From an uncultured Acidobacteriota bacterium (GTDB lineage: Bacteria > Acidobacteriota > UBA6911), in assembly GCA_963809485.1 (NCBI GenBank), contig CAWEJX010000014.1:1-64000 (forward strand): a stretch of DNA of 64,000 nt, written 5' to 3'. The translations under genes and the position numbers were made by a program. Positions 39,772 to 51,000 of the stretch are shown in pieces. Below the pieces are notes generated by a model. It searched no databases, had not been told where the DNA came from, and saw only the letters and a program-made list of their open reading frames with translations. The stretch's first letter is position 1, and the number at the start of each line of letters is the position of its first letter.

Positions 39772-41124
39772 ATGCGACGGGAAATTTTTCGCGAGTACGA
39801 CATACGGGGGATCGCCGGCAGGGATCTCACCGATGAAACCGTGGAGCTGCTGGGCCGTGGCATCGGAACGATGATGCGGCGCCTGGGGCGGGGGAGGATC
39901 ACGCTTGGCCGTGATTGCCGTCCCAGTTCGGATGCTTTTCGGGACGCGCTTTTGGCGGGGATGACGGCAACAGGGCTGGATGTGGTCGACATCGGCATTG
40001 TGCCCACGCCGCTTTTGTATTATTCGATATACCAGCTCGAGAGCGAGGGCGGCGTGATGATTACCGGGAGCCACAATCCTCCCGAGTACAACGGCTTTAA
40101 GACCTGTATCGGGCATGATTCGGTCTATGGAGACCAGATCCAGGCAATTTACGGGATTATAGAATCCGGGGACTTTACCCGCGGGAAAGGACAGGCTTCG
40201 ACCGCGGACGTGATTGCTCCCTATCGGAAATGCGTCCTGGACCAGATTCGGTTGTCCCGGAAAATCCGCGTCGCGATCGATTGCGGAAACGGCACCGCTT
40301 GCCTTTTGGCGCCGGATCTTGTGTCGGCCCTGGGTTGCGAGCTGACCGGGCTTTATTGTGAGATGGACGGCACCTTTCCGAACCACCACCCGGATCCGAC
40401 GGTCGTGGAAAATATGGAGGATCTCCGGAATGCGGTCCAGTCCGGGGGATTGGAGCTCGGCATTGCATTTGACGGGGATGCCGACCGGATTGGGGTTATA
40501 GCCGACGACGGGAGGATCATCTGGGGGGACATGCTGCTGGTTTTGTATGCCCGCGAAATTCTCAAGCATCATCCCGGAGCAACGTTCATATCGGAAGTGA
40601 AGTGTTCGGTGAACCTGTTCCGGGAAATTGAAAAGCTCGGGGGCAGGGCCATCATGTGGAAGACAGGGCATTCCCTCATCAAGGCAAAGATGAAGGAGGA
40701 AAAGGCGCTGCTGGCGGGGGAAATGAGCGGCCACATGTTTTTTGCCGACCGGTATTTCGGGTACGACGACGCCATCTATGCAGCCTGCCGTCTATTGGAG
40801 CTTCTTTCGGCTTCCAGCGATTCGCTTTCCCGGATGCTTTCGGACATCCCCCCTGCATTCGTGACGCCCGAGATACGCGTCCAGTGCGATGACGATAAGA
40901 AATTTGATGTTGTCGAAAAGGTGAAGGCGGCGTTCCGGCAGGACCACGAGGTCCTGGATGTCGACGGAGCCCGCGTGCTGTTTGCTTCAGGCTGGGGCCT
41001 GGTGCGGGCTTCCAACACTCAGGACGTGCTGGTCCTGCGATTCGAGGCTGATTCTCAGGAACACCTGGACTCCATTCGCGCCCGGGTTGAGGAGATCGTG
41101 CACCGTGCCAAATCGCTGCGCTAG
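39772..41124 (+). CDS. Phosphomannomutase/phosphoglucomutase
   Basis: FREYDIRG, TGSHNP, DGDADR, GEMSGH, VRASNT. Confidence 0.96.
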   Translation: MRREIFREYDIRGIAGRDLTDETVELLGRGIGTMMRRLGRGRITLGRDCRPSSDAFRDALLAGMTATGLDVVDIGIVPTPLLYYSIYQLESEGGVMITGSHNPPEYNGFKTCIGHDSVYGDQIQAIYGIIESGDFTRGKGQASTADVIAPYRKCVLDQIRLSRKIRVAIDCGNGTACLLAPDLVSALGCELTGLYCEMDGTFPNHHPDPTVVENMEDLRNAVQSGGLELGIAFDGDADRIGVIADDGRIIWGDMLLVLYAREILKHHPGATFISEVKCSVNLFREIEKLGGRAIMWKTGHSLIKAKMKEEKALLAGEMSGHMFFADRYFGYDDAIYAACRLLELLSASSDSLSRMLSDIPPAFVTPEIRVQCDDDKKFDVVEKVKAAFRQDHEVLDVDGARVLFASGWGLVRASNTQDVLVLRFEADSQEHLDSIRARVEEIVHRAKSLR

Positions 41125-41151
41125 CTTCGGTTCGACGGGTCACAGGAGAAA

Positions 41152-42045
41152 ATGATTCTGACTGCATTCAAGTCTGCCCTCAAAAGCTTGGGCCTTCTTT
41201 TCTTTCTTGCGGTTTCTCCCCCGGCATGGGCGCAGGAGAGTCCCCAGGCTTTTGCATTCGCGAATACCAACTATGTCATAACGGCCGAAATGGCGGGCGA
41301 GCATGCCTTTATCGTCAACTTCATCAACCTTTCGGACTTCGTGATCGTGGTGCAGCCGAACGAATTCATTTACAAGGGCGCCTCGGGGCGCTTCTATATC
41401 GGCCAGGTTTACGACGTGCAGCACAAGGATACGCGGGGCGAAACCCATAGATATTCCGCATCCATCCTGCTGAAAGGCCACTCCTTTGCCGGGCTCACCA
41501 TCGTCGGCGCATTCAGGGAGCAGGACGACATTCGCGAGTTGAGCGTGCGCATCGGCGCCAAGCGGTATTATCTGCAGCCCATGGAAAAGGTCCTTTTCGA
41601 GCAGCTGGCTTCAAAAATCGGCGAAATCGACCTGCAAAATCCCAGTGCGGCAGCGGCGCTTGCGGAAGCCAACATCACCGAAACAGGAACGATCCGGAAC
41701 ACCGACGGCACATCCGACTGGGACCAGGACTGGCAGGGCCTCCTGACGCAAGACGGGATCAATCCTCCGAAAATAATCGAGCGCCCGGCCATTGCCCCGA
41801 CCGATGATTCCCGGAAATCGCGCTCCTACGGAAAGGTCCGGCTTTCGGCCATGATCAACAAAAGCGGAGGAATCCAGGATTTGAAGGTCATCAAGAGCCT
41901 GGGGCGCGGGCTGGACGAGAGAGCCATGGAGGGAGTCAAAAACAGCTGGATCTTCCTGCCGGCCACCAAGAACGGGGAAGTTCTGGATACCGCAATCACG
42001 ATAGATGTGGATTTCCCGCCTCCCGAGAAAAAAGAGGAACGATGA
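41152..42045 (+). CDS. Secreted protein with C-terminal TonB domain
   Basis: Signal peptide; C-terminal GKVRLSAMINKSG..LGRGLDERAMEGV..W.F.PATKNG. Confidence 0.8.
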   Translation: MILTAFKSALKSLGLLFFLAVSPPAWAQESPQAFAFANTNYVITAEMAGEHAFIVNFINLSDFVIVVQPNEFIYKGASGRFYIGQVYDVQHKDTRGETHRYSASILLKGHSFAGLTIVGAFREQDDIRELSVRIGAKRYYLQPMEKVLFEQLASKIGEIDLQNPSAAAALAEANITETGTIRNTDGTSDWDQDWQGLLTQDGINPPKIIERPAIAPTDDSRKSRSYGKVRLSAMINKSGGIQDLKVIKSLGRGLDERAMEGVKNSWIFLPATKNGEVLDTAITIDVDFPPPEKKEER

Positions 42046-42461
42046 ATTCCTGTGTGTTTTACGATACCCTGAGCGCCCAGAAAGAGCGCCAGATCTTCGA
42101 AATCGTTCAGCGGGCCTATGAGCGGCACGAAAAGGTTGTTATTTTTGTGCCAGGCGCGGAGCGCGCGTCGGCGATGGACAGGATCCTCTGGGTGCTCAAG
42201 CAGGAGGCGTTCATCCCGCACAAGATACTCAGCCAGTCGGACGCGGACGCTTCAGTGCCGGTGGGAATCGTAACTTCGGAAATCAATCCATCGGGGGCTT
42301 CCGTCCTGATTGCGGACGGTCACTGCAGTATCGACTTTGCCTGCGCGTTTGACTCGGTTCATGAATTCGTGGACAGGTCCTCGGCGGAAATACAGGAAGC
42401 CTGCCGGGAACGTTTTCGCGCTTACCGCGCACGTCAGGTCCCGGTGGAATATTCCAAATAG
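42042..42461 (+). CDS. holC: DNA polymerase III chi subunit
   Basis: FY...DRILW....FIPH...EFV....ACRERFRAYR, typical of HolC. Confidence 0.8.
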   Translation: MNSCVFYDTLSAQKERQIFEIVQRAYERHEKVVIFVPGAERASAMDRILWVLKQEAFIPHKILSQSDADASVPVGIVTSEINPSGASVLIADGHCSIDFACAFDSVHEFVDRSSAEIQEACRERFRAYRARQVPVEYSK

Positions 42462-42611
42462 GAATCCCGCAGGGCTATTCCTCGCCGCTGAACACCGGCA
42501 AATGACAGCCACGCCGAAATACGCCGGCAGAGGCGCCGATGACGCGTGGTCAAAGGCGCGATGGCCGGCGTATATCAGCCGTTAGCCGACGGATTTCTCC
42601 TGCCGTCAAAA

Positions 42612-43592
42612 TCACTGCACGCGGAAACGACCGGGCAGGCGGAATGAGGAGCTGATCGGGGCCTGGTTGATGTCTATGGCATCGAGATATTTTCCGGATC
42701 GTCCCGAAAATCCGGTGACCATATTGCCCGTGTTGGCCTGAACACTGAATTCCTTTTCCCCTCCGCGTCCGCCGTATGCCGGCGAAGTCCGCCTGTTCGT
42801 GCGGATGGTCAGCGAATCCACATATTTGCCATAGCGGCCCGAAATCCCGACTATGTATTCGTTGGCATCCAGGGTGAAGTCGTTTCTCCTCCCGCTGCGG
42901 TTTCCGTGCAAGGCGCCTTCGGCGGTGCGGCCATCGGACAGAGTGTACACGAGCTGAATTCCGTCAACATAATCTCCGGAATACACGCGCACTGCCGATA
43001 TCCTCGCTCCGGACGGCAGGGCCGGATCTGCAAAAGGATTGCCGCCCCTGCCGCCATAATATCCGTCCTGGTTGGCCTGGGACCTCGGTATGGGGAGATA
43101 GATCAATCCAATGGCATCCAGGTATTTGCCCGAACGCCCGGAAAATCCCACCGCATAATTTCCGGAAGCGACGCCCACCTGATACTCCTGGCTTCCGCCC
43201 CTCCCGCCATAAGATGGGGAGGTGCGTTTGTTGGTGTGTATCTGGATCGAATCGATGTATTCCCCGTAACGCCCGGACAGCCCGACAATATATTCATCCG
43301 AATCCAGCCGGAAGATATTCTGCCGTCCGCCCGAACCTCCATGACGGGAAGCCGATTGAAGCTGTCCGTTGGCAAGCGTGTACACCATCTGCACTGCGTC
43401 TAAATAATCCCCGGAAAAGACGTGAACTTCCGAAACTCGTGCGCCGTAAGGAATTCCGCTGTCTGTAAATGGATTTCCCCCGCGCCCGCCCATAACAGTG
43501 GTCGCAGCAGGTGTTTGCCCGAATACCATGAGCTGCAGTCCGATAAAGAACAGGGCAAGAAAAATTGCCGTGCAAACCGATTTTTTACTCAT
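42612..43592 (-). CDS. Secreted tandem jacalin-like lectin
   Basis: Signal peptide; two repeats GG.GGNPF...EYIVG.SGRYG.Y.DS...YGGRGG...GFSGRSGKYLDAI. Confidence 0.9.
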   Translation of the reverse strand: MSKKSVCTAIFLALFFIGLQLMVFGQTPAATTVMGGRGGNPFTDSGIPYGARVSEVHVFSGDYLDAVQMVYTLANGQLQSASRHGGSGGRQNIFRLDSDEYIVGLSGRYGEYIDSIQIHTNKRTSPSYGGRGGSQEYQVGVASGNYAVGFSGRSGKYLDAIGLIYLPIPRSQANQDGYYGGRGGNPFADPALPSGARISAVRVYSGDYVDGIQLVYTLSDGRTAEGALHGNRSGRRNDFTLDANEYIVGISGRYGKYVDSLTIRTNRRTSPAYGGRGGEKEFSVQANTGNMVTGFSGRSGKYLDAIDINQAPISSSFRLPGRFRVQ

Positions 43593-43709
43593 GATGCATG
43601 CCTCCGAGGGATGTTTATGGATGCTCGTGAAGACTGTTCGATACATAAATGGCGTGTGTAAATTCGAGCCTCTATGAGCCCGCGGGCCTATCCCGCCGAT
43701 AGCCAAAAT

Positions 43710-43925
43710 TACATTGGTAAACCCGCGGCTCTGCCGGGGGACTCAAAGAGTTTGACAGCTCCGTATTTTGAAACGCTGACGTACGCTGAAAAAATATATA
43801 AATTTTTGTCGGCGTGCGTCGGCGTTCGTTCAGCGTGCGTCAGCGTTCAAGACCGGCGTAACTAGTCCAACCGCTTTGAGCGGTTCAAATCTTTCAAGCC
43901 TCCGGCTTTGCCGGAGGTACCTGAC
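43710..43925 (+). mobile_element. Non-autonomous IS200/IS605-like element, copy D
   Basis: Both hairpins; CAAGCCTCCGGCTTTGCCGGAGGTACCTGAC end; preceded by AAAT. Confidence 0.87.
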
Positions 43926-44027
43926 TTCGCCGAGCGTTGCAACAGACGCCCGTTTGTGATTTTAGCACTTGCGAAAGTATTGTCACTATCAATCCCGGGA
44001 TTCCGTAACCGGGCCCTCAATCCGGTA

Positions 44028-45035
44028 TTATTCGCGTTCTATGGCCGCGTTCAACAATGCGTCCATTGCTGCCAGGGATTCTTTGAGGGTCGGGACCGGC
44101 ACGGAATCCACTCCGCATAGCCGGCGCAGTGTCTGCCGCGCTATTTCAATGTATCCCTCAAGCCAGCCGTATCCATGAAATGGAACTGCGCTGCTGGAAG
44201 CGTTGGGCGCCTCGCGCCGGATCACCGAAGTCCGGTTGCCGGATCCGAACAGAATTTCATCGGGCTGCAGGAATTTCCAGGTTGCCGTTCCCCGGGTGCC
44301 CAGCACGGTGTATTCCAAATCGTTGGTTGCTCCATGGACCGTTTTGGATATTGAGGCTATCGCCCGCCTGTTTCCCGGAAACTTCAGATTCAGGTGTACA
44401 TGCGTGTCCCGGTGCGGCGCTTCGGAGTTCCTGTACGTGAGCCAGCCGCGGCTTTCGATCGGCCTGTCGGACATGAGATAAAGACAGATATCGGCTACAT
44501 GGCTTCCCAGGTCGGTGAGAGTGTCCCATGGCCCGTTGAGCTTTGGATCATTTTTCCACTGCCTTTTACCGGATACGCCCGTCAACGCCTGCTGTGCGCT
44601 GGATGATTGCCAGTAGCGGGATTCGAAACAGAAAACCTCACCAAGGTCTCCCGCCTCGATCATCTTGCGTATGGTGCGGGTTCCCCAGAGAACCCGGTAG
44701 CCGTGAAAGACCGAAACCGGCAGCTCAACCTCCTGCAATGAAGCAAGCTCCTCCTTGCGCACGCAGACCGGCTTGTCGGTGAGAATCGCGCTGAAGCCGG
44801 CCAGGGCGCCTTCGGAAATCCACTGAGCGTGCAACCCGCTGGGATTTGCAAGAAAAAGCACGTTCTCGGCATCGTCCATGAGCGCGGAATGCAAGGGGCT
44901 CCCTCTCGGCAGAATGCGGGCGGGCAACAGATCAAGCTCGGGATCGCCTTGAGAAATTATCGCGAGGCTTTGAAGAATTGCCTGTCCCGCCATGCCTCTG
45001 CCTACAACCAGGGGTGCAATCGGCTTTCTCTTCAT
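44028..45035 (-). CDS. Gfo/Idh/MocA family oxidoreductase
   Basis: VVGRGMAG, NPSGLH, DKP, DLGSH. Confidence 0.85.
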   Translation of the reverse strand: MKRKPIAPLVVGRGMAGQAILQSLAIISQGDPELDLLPARILPRGSPLHSALMDDAENVLFLANPSGLHAQWISEGALAGFSAILTDKPVCVRKEELASLQEVELPVSVFHGYRVLWGTRTIRKMIEAGDLGEVFCFESRYWQSSSAQQALTGVSGKRQWKNDPKLNGPWDTLTDLGSHVADICLYLMSDRPIESRGWLTYRNSEAPHRDTHVHLNLKFPGNRRAIASISKTVHGATNDLEYTVLGTRGTATWKFLQPDEILFGSGNRTSVIRREAPNASSSAVPFHGYGWLEGYIEIARQTLRRLCGVDSVPVPTLKESLAAMDALLNAAIERE

Positions 45036-45152
45036 AGGGCATCCTGACATAAAAAATGAGAGTTTGCAGCGGACCTATCCATCATTTTGCGGCATTCCCC
45101 CGCTTCCGGGTCGGCGCGCTTCAGCGTTGCCAAATCCCGGAGATGCAAAATT

Positions 45153-46019
45153 CTACTGGCCTCCGGGATCCTTTCGGTTCAGTGCGTCCAGGAATGCGCG
45201 TATTCGCTCCACATATACGGTGCCCGCTGAAAAGATAAGATCGTTGTGGCCTGCGCCCGTCACCTCGTAAAACTCCTTGGGCGGCGGCGCAATGTCATAA
45301 AGCCGCCGGCCGAGCCGAAAGGGGACGATGTCATCGCGATCGCCGTGAATAAAAAGCTTGGGGCAGCGGATGCCGGCGATTTTGGACGCCGAGTCGAACC
45401 GGACATTCGTGAGCGGCTGCAGCAGCCCGACAGGCAAAATGGTCTTCGCCATATCCCATGCGGTCGTGAAGGTTGATTGCAGAATCAGTCCGTCAACCGG
45501 CACCCTGTGTGCAAGGTCCACAGCAACCGCTCCTCCAAGGGACTTACCCAGCAAAACCAGGCGGCTCCCGTCGACGGATTGCTCGCTGGACCACCATTGG
45601 TAGCAGGCGGCGGCATCGAGATAAAGGCCTTTTTCCGATGGATTGCCTTCGCTCTTGCCGTAGCCCCTGTAATCCACGATGAGGATATGCGCATTCAGAT
45701 CACGAAGCATCTGAATCCAGCCAAGGCGGTGGCTGATATTTCCGGCATTGCCGTGGAAAATCAGTATCGTGTGCGGGGCGCCGGGATGCGGGAAGAACCA
45801 GCCGTGAAGCCGGGTGCCGTCCTCCGTCACAGGGTAAACGTCCCGATACGGAAGTCCCAGGCTTGACGGGGTGTCCGTCAATTCTTTTGCCGGGTAATAA
45901 ACAAACATCCGTTCGAGCACATTCGTGGTCATGGCGAGCAACACCACAGCCAGCAAAAAGGCCGGAATCAGCCAGTGGCGCAGGATGAAACGGCCCGCTG
46001 TCTTCAGGTAGGTCCTCAC
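45153..46019 (-). CDS. Alpha/beta hydrolase (BEM46/ABHD13-like)
   Basis: FHGNAGN, DYRGYGKS, GKSLGG, HGDRDDIVP, GAGHND. Confidence 0.93.
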   Translation of the reverse strand: MRTYLKTAGRFILRHWLIPAFLLAVVLLAMTTNVLERMFVYYPAKELTDTPSSLGLPYRDVYPVTEDGTRLHGWFFPHPGAPHTILIFHGNAGNISHRLGWIQMLRDLNAHILIVDYRGYGKSEGNPSEKGLYLDAAACYQWWSSEQSVDGSRLVLLGKSLGGAVAVDLAHRVPVDGLILQSTFTTAWDMAKTILPVGLLQPLTNVRFDSASKIAGIRCPKLFIHGDRDDIVPFRLGRRLYDIAPPPKEFYEVTGAGHNDLIFSAGTVYVERIRAFLDALNRKDPGGQ

Positions 46020-46058
46020 GGTCAGCTATTGTAATGCCAATCTTCACCATTTGATTTG

Positions 46059-47687
46059 TCAAACGGATCCTGCCTTACCGGCAGAGCCGGAGGATCTCCC
46101 CGCAGATTGCGATTGAATCCGACTGTGTTTGCGGCTGTAGCAAAAGTAGATCGCCAGCCCGATCAGGAGCCACGCAATCAGCCGGATCCAGTTGACATAG
46201 CCCAGCTTATACATCATGTAAGCATTCATGAGGATTCCAAGAATGGGGAGCCAGGGCACCAGCGGGGTCCGGAACGGGCGCGGGTGATCCGGGTTGGTGT
46301 GGCGCAGGACGATCACCGCAATGCACACTATGATGAAGGCAAGCAGAGTCCCGATATTTACCATTTTACCGATATCATCGATCGGCGTAAGGCTGCCGAC
46401 GACTGCGGCAAGAACTCCCACCAGGATCGTGTTTTTATACGGGGTCCGGAACTTCGGATGGATTGCGGCAAAAAACCTGCGCGGCAGCAGCCCGTCGTTC
46501 GCCATCGCATACAGCACGCGGGTCTGTCCCAGCAGCATGACCAGCATGACACTGGTGAGTCCGGCAAGAGCGCCCATGGTTATCAGGTTCGAAGCCGAGT
46601 TCAACCCGCGGTCCAGAAAAGCCCGCGCCAGCGGCGCTTCGATGTTTACGTCCTGCCAGGGCACCATCCCGGTCAGGACCGCCGCGACGAGTATATACAG
46701 CAGCGTGCACGCGGCGAGCGAGGCAATGATGCCGATCGGGAGATCCCGTTGCGGATTTCGGGCCTCCTGCGCCGTCGTCGACACGGCGTCAAATCCTATA
46801 TACGCAAAAAATATGTACGCGGCGCCGGCCCCTATTCCGGAAAATCCCATAGGGGCAAAACTCGACCAATCGTGTCCCCAGTTCGCCGGATTGACATACC
46901 GGATTCCAAGCAGGATTACAAAGAGCACCACCGACACCTTGATGATTACGATACCGGCATTGAATCGCGCGCTTTCCCGGATGCCCACGACCAATATTGC
47001 CGTGATCAGTAGCGCGATGCAGAAGGCGGGAAGGTTGAAGCCGATCTCCACTCCAAAAATATGCGGGGCGTTGACCATAGTGTGGGCCTGCTGGAGCAGT
47101 TCGGGAGATTGCTGATGCAGGATTTCGGTGACTTTTTGCAGGTAGTCCTGGCTGCCCGCGATCAAATCGGGATTAGCGGCTTTTGCCATTTCGCGCGCAA
47201 CCACATTTTGCGCGGATCGCAAAGCAGTCCAGTGGTCGTAGGAAAGCCACAGCGGCATGTTGATTTTGAATATGTGCAGAAACTCGATGAAATGATTGGA
47301 CCACCCGGATGAAACGGTGCTGGCTCCCATGGCGTATTCCAGGGTGAGGTCCCACCCGATGATCCATGCAAAAAGCTCCCCCAGGGTTGCATAGGCGTAG
47401 GTATATGCGCTTCCCGCCAGCGGAATCATGGCGGCAAACTCGGCATAGCAGAGCCCGGCAAAGGCGCAGCCGAATCCGCTGAGCACAAAAGACAGCATCA
47501 GGCCGGGGCCGGCGTAATGAGTCCCGAGTCCGGACAGGACAAAGATCCCGGCGCCGATGATGGCTCCGATCCCCAGTGTCGTGAGCGAAACAGGGCCCAG
47601 CGTGCGCTTCAAGGAATGCTCGCCGGAATCCTCCGCTTCCCTGAGCATCACGTCCAACGGCTTTTTTATGAACAAAGACTTTCCCAT
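46059..47687 (-). CDS. APC-superfamily cationic amino acid permease
   Basis: GAIIGAGIF, CYAEFA, GSAYTY, FFAYIGFDAV, RPFRTP. Confidence 0.95.
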   Translation of the reverse strand: MGKSLFIKKPLDVMLREAEDSGEHSLKRTLGPVSLTTLGIGAIIGAGIFVLSGLGTHYAGPGLMLSFVLSGFGCAFAGLCYAEFAAMIPLAGSAYTYAYATLGELFAWIIGWDLTLEYAMGASTVSSGWSNHFIEFLHIFKINMPLWLSYDHWTALRSAQNVVAREMAKAANPDLIAGSQDYLQKVTEILHQQSPELLQQAHTMVNAPHIFGVEIGFNLPAFCIALLITAILVVGIRESARFNAGIVIIKVSVVLFVILLGIRYVNPANWGHDWSSFAPMGFSGIGAGAAYIFFAYIGFDAVSTTAQEARNPQRDLPIGIIASLAACTLLYILVAAVLTGMVPWQDVNIEAPLARAFLDRGLNSASNLITMGALAGLTSVMLVMLLGQTRVLYAMANDGLLPRRFFAAIHPKFRTPYKNTILVGVLAAVVGSLTPIDDIGKMVNIGTLLAFIIVCIAVIVLRHTNPDHPRPFRTPLVPWLPILGILMNAYMMYKLGYVNWIRLIAWLLIGLAIYFCYSRKHSRIQSQSAGRSSGSAGKAGSV

Positions 47688-47845
47688 GCGCCCTCCCGCC
47701 GCGACAGTATACAAGATAGCCGTCGGATCCTCCGCAGGTTATTGAGGCTGTTATTGCGCGTGACCGGGGAATTCGCCCGGTCCGGATGCCGGAAGCAGGA
47801 AGCCAGTGGATGCATTCCGTCACGGCCGGCACCCTGATGCCTAAT

Positions 47846-48069
47846 TCTATTGGTAAACTCCCGGTTTTGCCGGGGGACTCATAGAGTTTGACAGCTCCGT
47901 ATTTTGAAACGCTGAGATACGCTGACCAAAGCGCTGACAAACGCCGATCTGTTCGGCGAGGGTCAGGCTTTTGCCCGCGTAAGTCAGCGTTCAAGATTGG
48001 CGTAACTCCTCCAACCGCGTTGAGCGGTTCCAATCTTTCAAGCCTCCGGCTTTGCCGGAGGTGCCTGAC
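47846..48069 (+). mobile_element. Non-autonomous IS200/IS605-like element, copy E
   Basis: TAAT target, both hairpins, ends CCTGAC. Confidence 0.87.
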
Positions 48070-48070
48070 T

Positions 48071-48098
48071 CGTCAATCGTCAATCGTCATTCGTCAAT
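48071..48098. repeat. CGTCAAT heptamer tandem repeat
   Basis: CGTCAAT CGTCAAT CGTCATT CGTCAAT between element E and the carB stop. Confidence 0.85.
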
Positions 48099-51000
48099 TA
48101 CTTTATTCCCGCATGGTACTTCTGCAGGGAAACGACTTCAGGTTCCTTTTGCCGGTAAGCCGCGATGCCTTTGGCTGCGGCTCGGGCGGCGGCCATAGTT
48201 GTGACGTAGGTGATCTTGTGTTTAATCGCTGTTTTGCGGATATAGGAATCGTCAGTAAGTGCCGCGCTTGCCGATCGGCGTGTTGATGACCAGATCGATC
48301 TCGCCGTTTTTGATGGCATCCACGATATTGGGCCGGCCGGCGTGCATCTTTAAAATCTTGTCGCATTCCACCCCGTTGGCGGACAGGAAATTGTTGCGTG
48401 CCTTCCGTCGCTCGGAGCTTGAAGCCCAGCCGCGCGAATTCGCGGGCGACCTCCAGCGCTTCCTTTTTGTCGGGATCCGTGACCGAAATCAGCACGGCGC
48501 CCTGCTGGGGCAGAAGCTGCTGGGCCGCTTCCTGAGCTTTGTGAAACGCCAGTTCGAAGGAATCGGCCATGCCCAGGACTTCTCCCGTGGAGCGCATTTC
48601 GGGTCCGAGGATCGGATCGACTTCATGGAACATGTTGAATGGGAAAACCGCTTCTTTGACTCCGTAGTGCGGGATGGTTTTTTTGCGTGAGGTTCAGGTC
48701 GGCCATTTTTTTGCCCAGCATCAGCTGGGTGGCCAGACGAACCATCTGGATGTTGCAGACCTTGGATACCAGCGGAACCGTGCGCGAAGCTCGAGGATTG
48801 GCTTCGAGGATGTAGACCTTGTCGTCGGCAATCGCGTATTGAATGTTGATCAGGCCCAGGACCTTGAGCTCGATGGCAATCCTGCTGCGTGTATTCTTCA
48901 ATGGTCTTCCGGTGCTTTTCGGGAATGCTGACGGGCGGCAGAACGCAGGCCGAATCTCCGGAATGAATGCCGGCAAGTTCGATATGTTCCATGATGGCAG
49001 GAATGAAAGCGTCGCTGCCGTCGGAAATCGCATCCGCCTCGACTTCGAGCGCATTTTCCAGAAACTTGTCGATCAGGATGGGCAGTTCCGGCCAGATTTC
49101 AACCGCGCTCGAAACATAAAGGGTTAGGTCCTCTTCGTCGTGGACGACCTCCATCCCTCGGCCGCCCAGTACATAAGAAGGCCGGACCATCAGCGGATAG
49201 CCTATTCTTTCGGCGATTGCGATCGCTTCATCCAGATTGTGCGCCATGCCGGATGCGGGCTGGGGGATTTCCAGTTTCTTCATCATGATGCGAAACCGGT
49301 CCCGGTCTTCGGCAAGATCGATGGTGTCGGGCGAGGTGCCCAGGATCTTGACTCCGGCCCTTTCCAGTTCGCGGCAGATGTTGAGCGGCGTCTGCCCGCC
49401 AAACTGCACGATGACACCCTCGGGCTTTTCCTTTTGATAGATGCTTAAAACGTCTTCCACGGTCAGGGGCTCGAAATAAAGCTTGTCGGAAGTATCGTAG
49501 TCGGTTGAGACGGTCTCGGGATTGCAGTTGACCATGATGGTTTCATATCCAAGGTCGCGCAGGGCAAAAGCCGCATGGACACAACAGTAGTCGAACTCGA
49601 TCCCCTGACCGATGCGGTTGGGACCGCCTCCCAGGACCATCACCTTTTTGCGGCCGCTGACCTGGACCTTGTCGGGAGCATTGTAGGTGGAATAGTAGTA
49701 AGCGGCATTTTCCACGCCGGAAACCGGAACCGGTTCCCAGGTTTCGGTGATCCCAAGTCTGGTTCTCTGGTTGCGGATTTTTTCTTCGGCTATTCCCAGC
49801 AGCTTTGCCAGGTAGCCATCCGCAAATCCGTCCTTCTTCGCTTTCGTCAACAGGTCGTCCGGAAGCAGGCGGCCCTTGTAGGTCAATATTTTTTCTTCCA
49901 GATCCACCAGTTCCTTCATCTGTTCGATGAACCAGGGCTTGATATGCGTTCTTTCGTAAAGCTCCTGGATACTCGCACCCTTGCGCAGCGCTTCATACAT
50001 GATAAAAATCCGTTCGCTGGTAGGATACCAGAGCATCCCCATCAGGTCGGCAAGCGACTTTTTATAAAAGTCCTTGGCAAATCCCAGGCCTAGACCGCCC
50101 GATCTCCAGGGAGCGGATCGATTTCTGGAAAGCTTCTTTATAGGTCTTTCCAATGCTCATGACTTCGCCCACGGCGCGCATTTGGGTCCCCAGCCGGTCT
50201 TCGGCGCCTTTGAACTTTTCAAAGGCCCAGCGGGCGAACTTGATGACAACATAATCTCCCCAGGGCGTGTATTTCTCGAGAGTCCCTTCGCGCCAATAGG
50301 GAATTTCGTCTAGCGTCAGACCGCCGGCGAGCAGGGAAGAGACGAATGCGATGGGAAATCCCGTCGCCTTGGATGCCAGCGCGGAGGAGCGCGAGGTCCG
50401 GGGGTTGATTTCAATGACCACAACGCGTCCCGTTTTGGGGTCATGGGCAAACTGGATATTGGTTCCGCCGATCACGCCAATGGCGTCCACGATATCGTAG
50501 GAATATTCCTGGAGCCTCTCCTGCAGCTTTCTGTCTATGGTCAGCATGGGCGCCGAGCAGAAGGAATCGCCGGTGTGAACGCCCATGGCATCGATGTTCT
50601 CGATGAAGCAGACCGTAATCTTCTGCCCCTTGGCGTCGCGGACGACCTCGAGTTCCAGTTCCTCCCAACCTTCCACGGATTCCTCGATGAGAACCTGCCC
50701 GACCAGGCTCGCGGCGAGCCCGCGGCTGACCACTGTCCGGAATTCCTCGAGGTTGTAAACCAGGCCTCCGCCTGTTCCGCCCAGCGTGTAGGCGGGGCGG
50801 ATAACACAGGGGAGGTCGATTTTCTGCAGAACGCCTTCAGCTTCTTCAAGGCTCAACGCAATTTCGCTGCGAGGCATTTCGATGCCCAGCTGCATCATTG
50901 TTTCCTTAAAGGCCTGCCTGTCTTCGCCCCGCTCGATGGCGTCCTCTTTAACACCGATTATCTGGACGCCGTATTTGTCCAGGATGCCCTCTTTGGCAAG

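Noticed and set aside
48250-50095. Programmed ribosomal frameshifting in carB
   Set aside because: Five sites, only one in a homopolymer run; implausible for expression.
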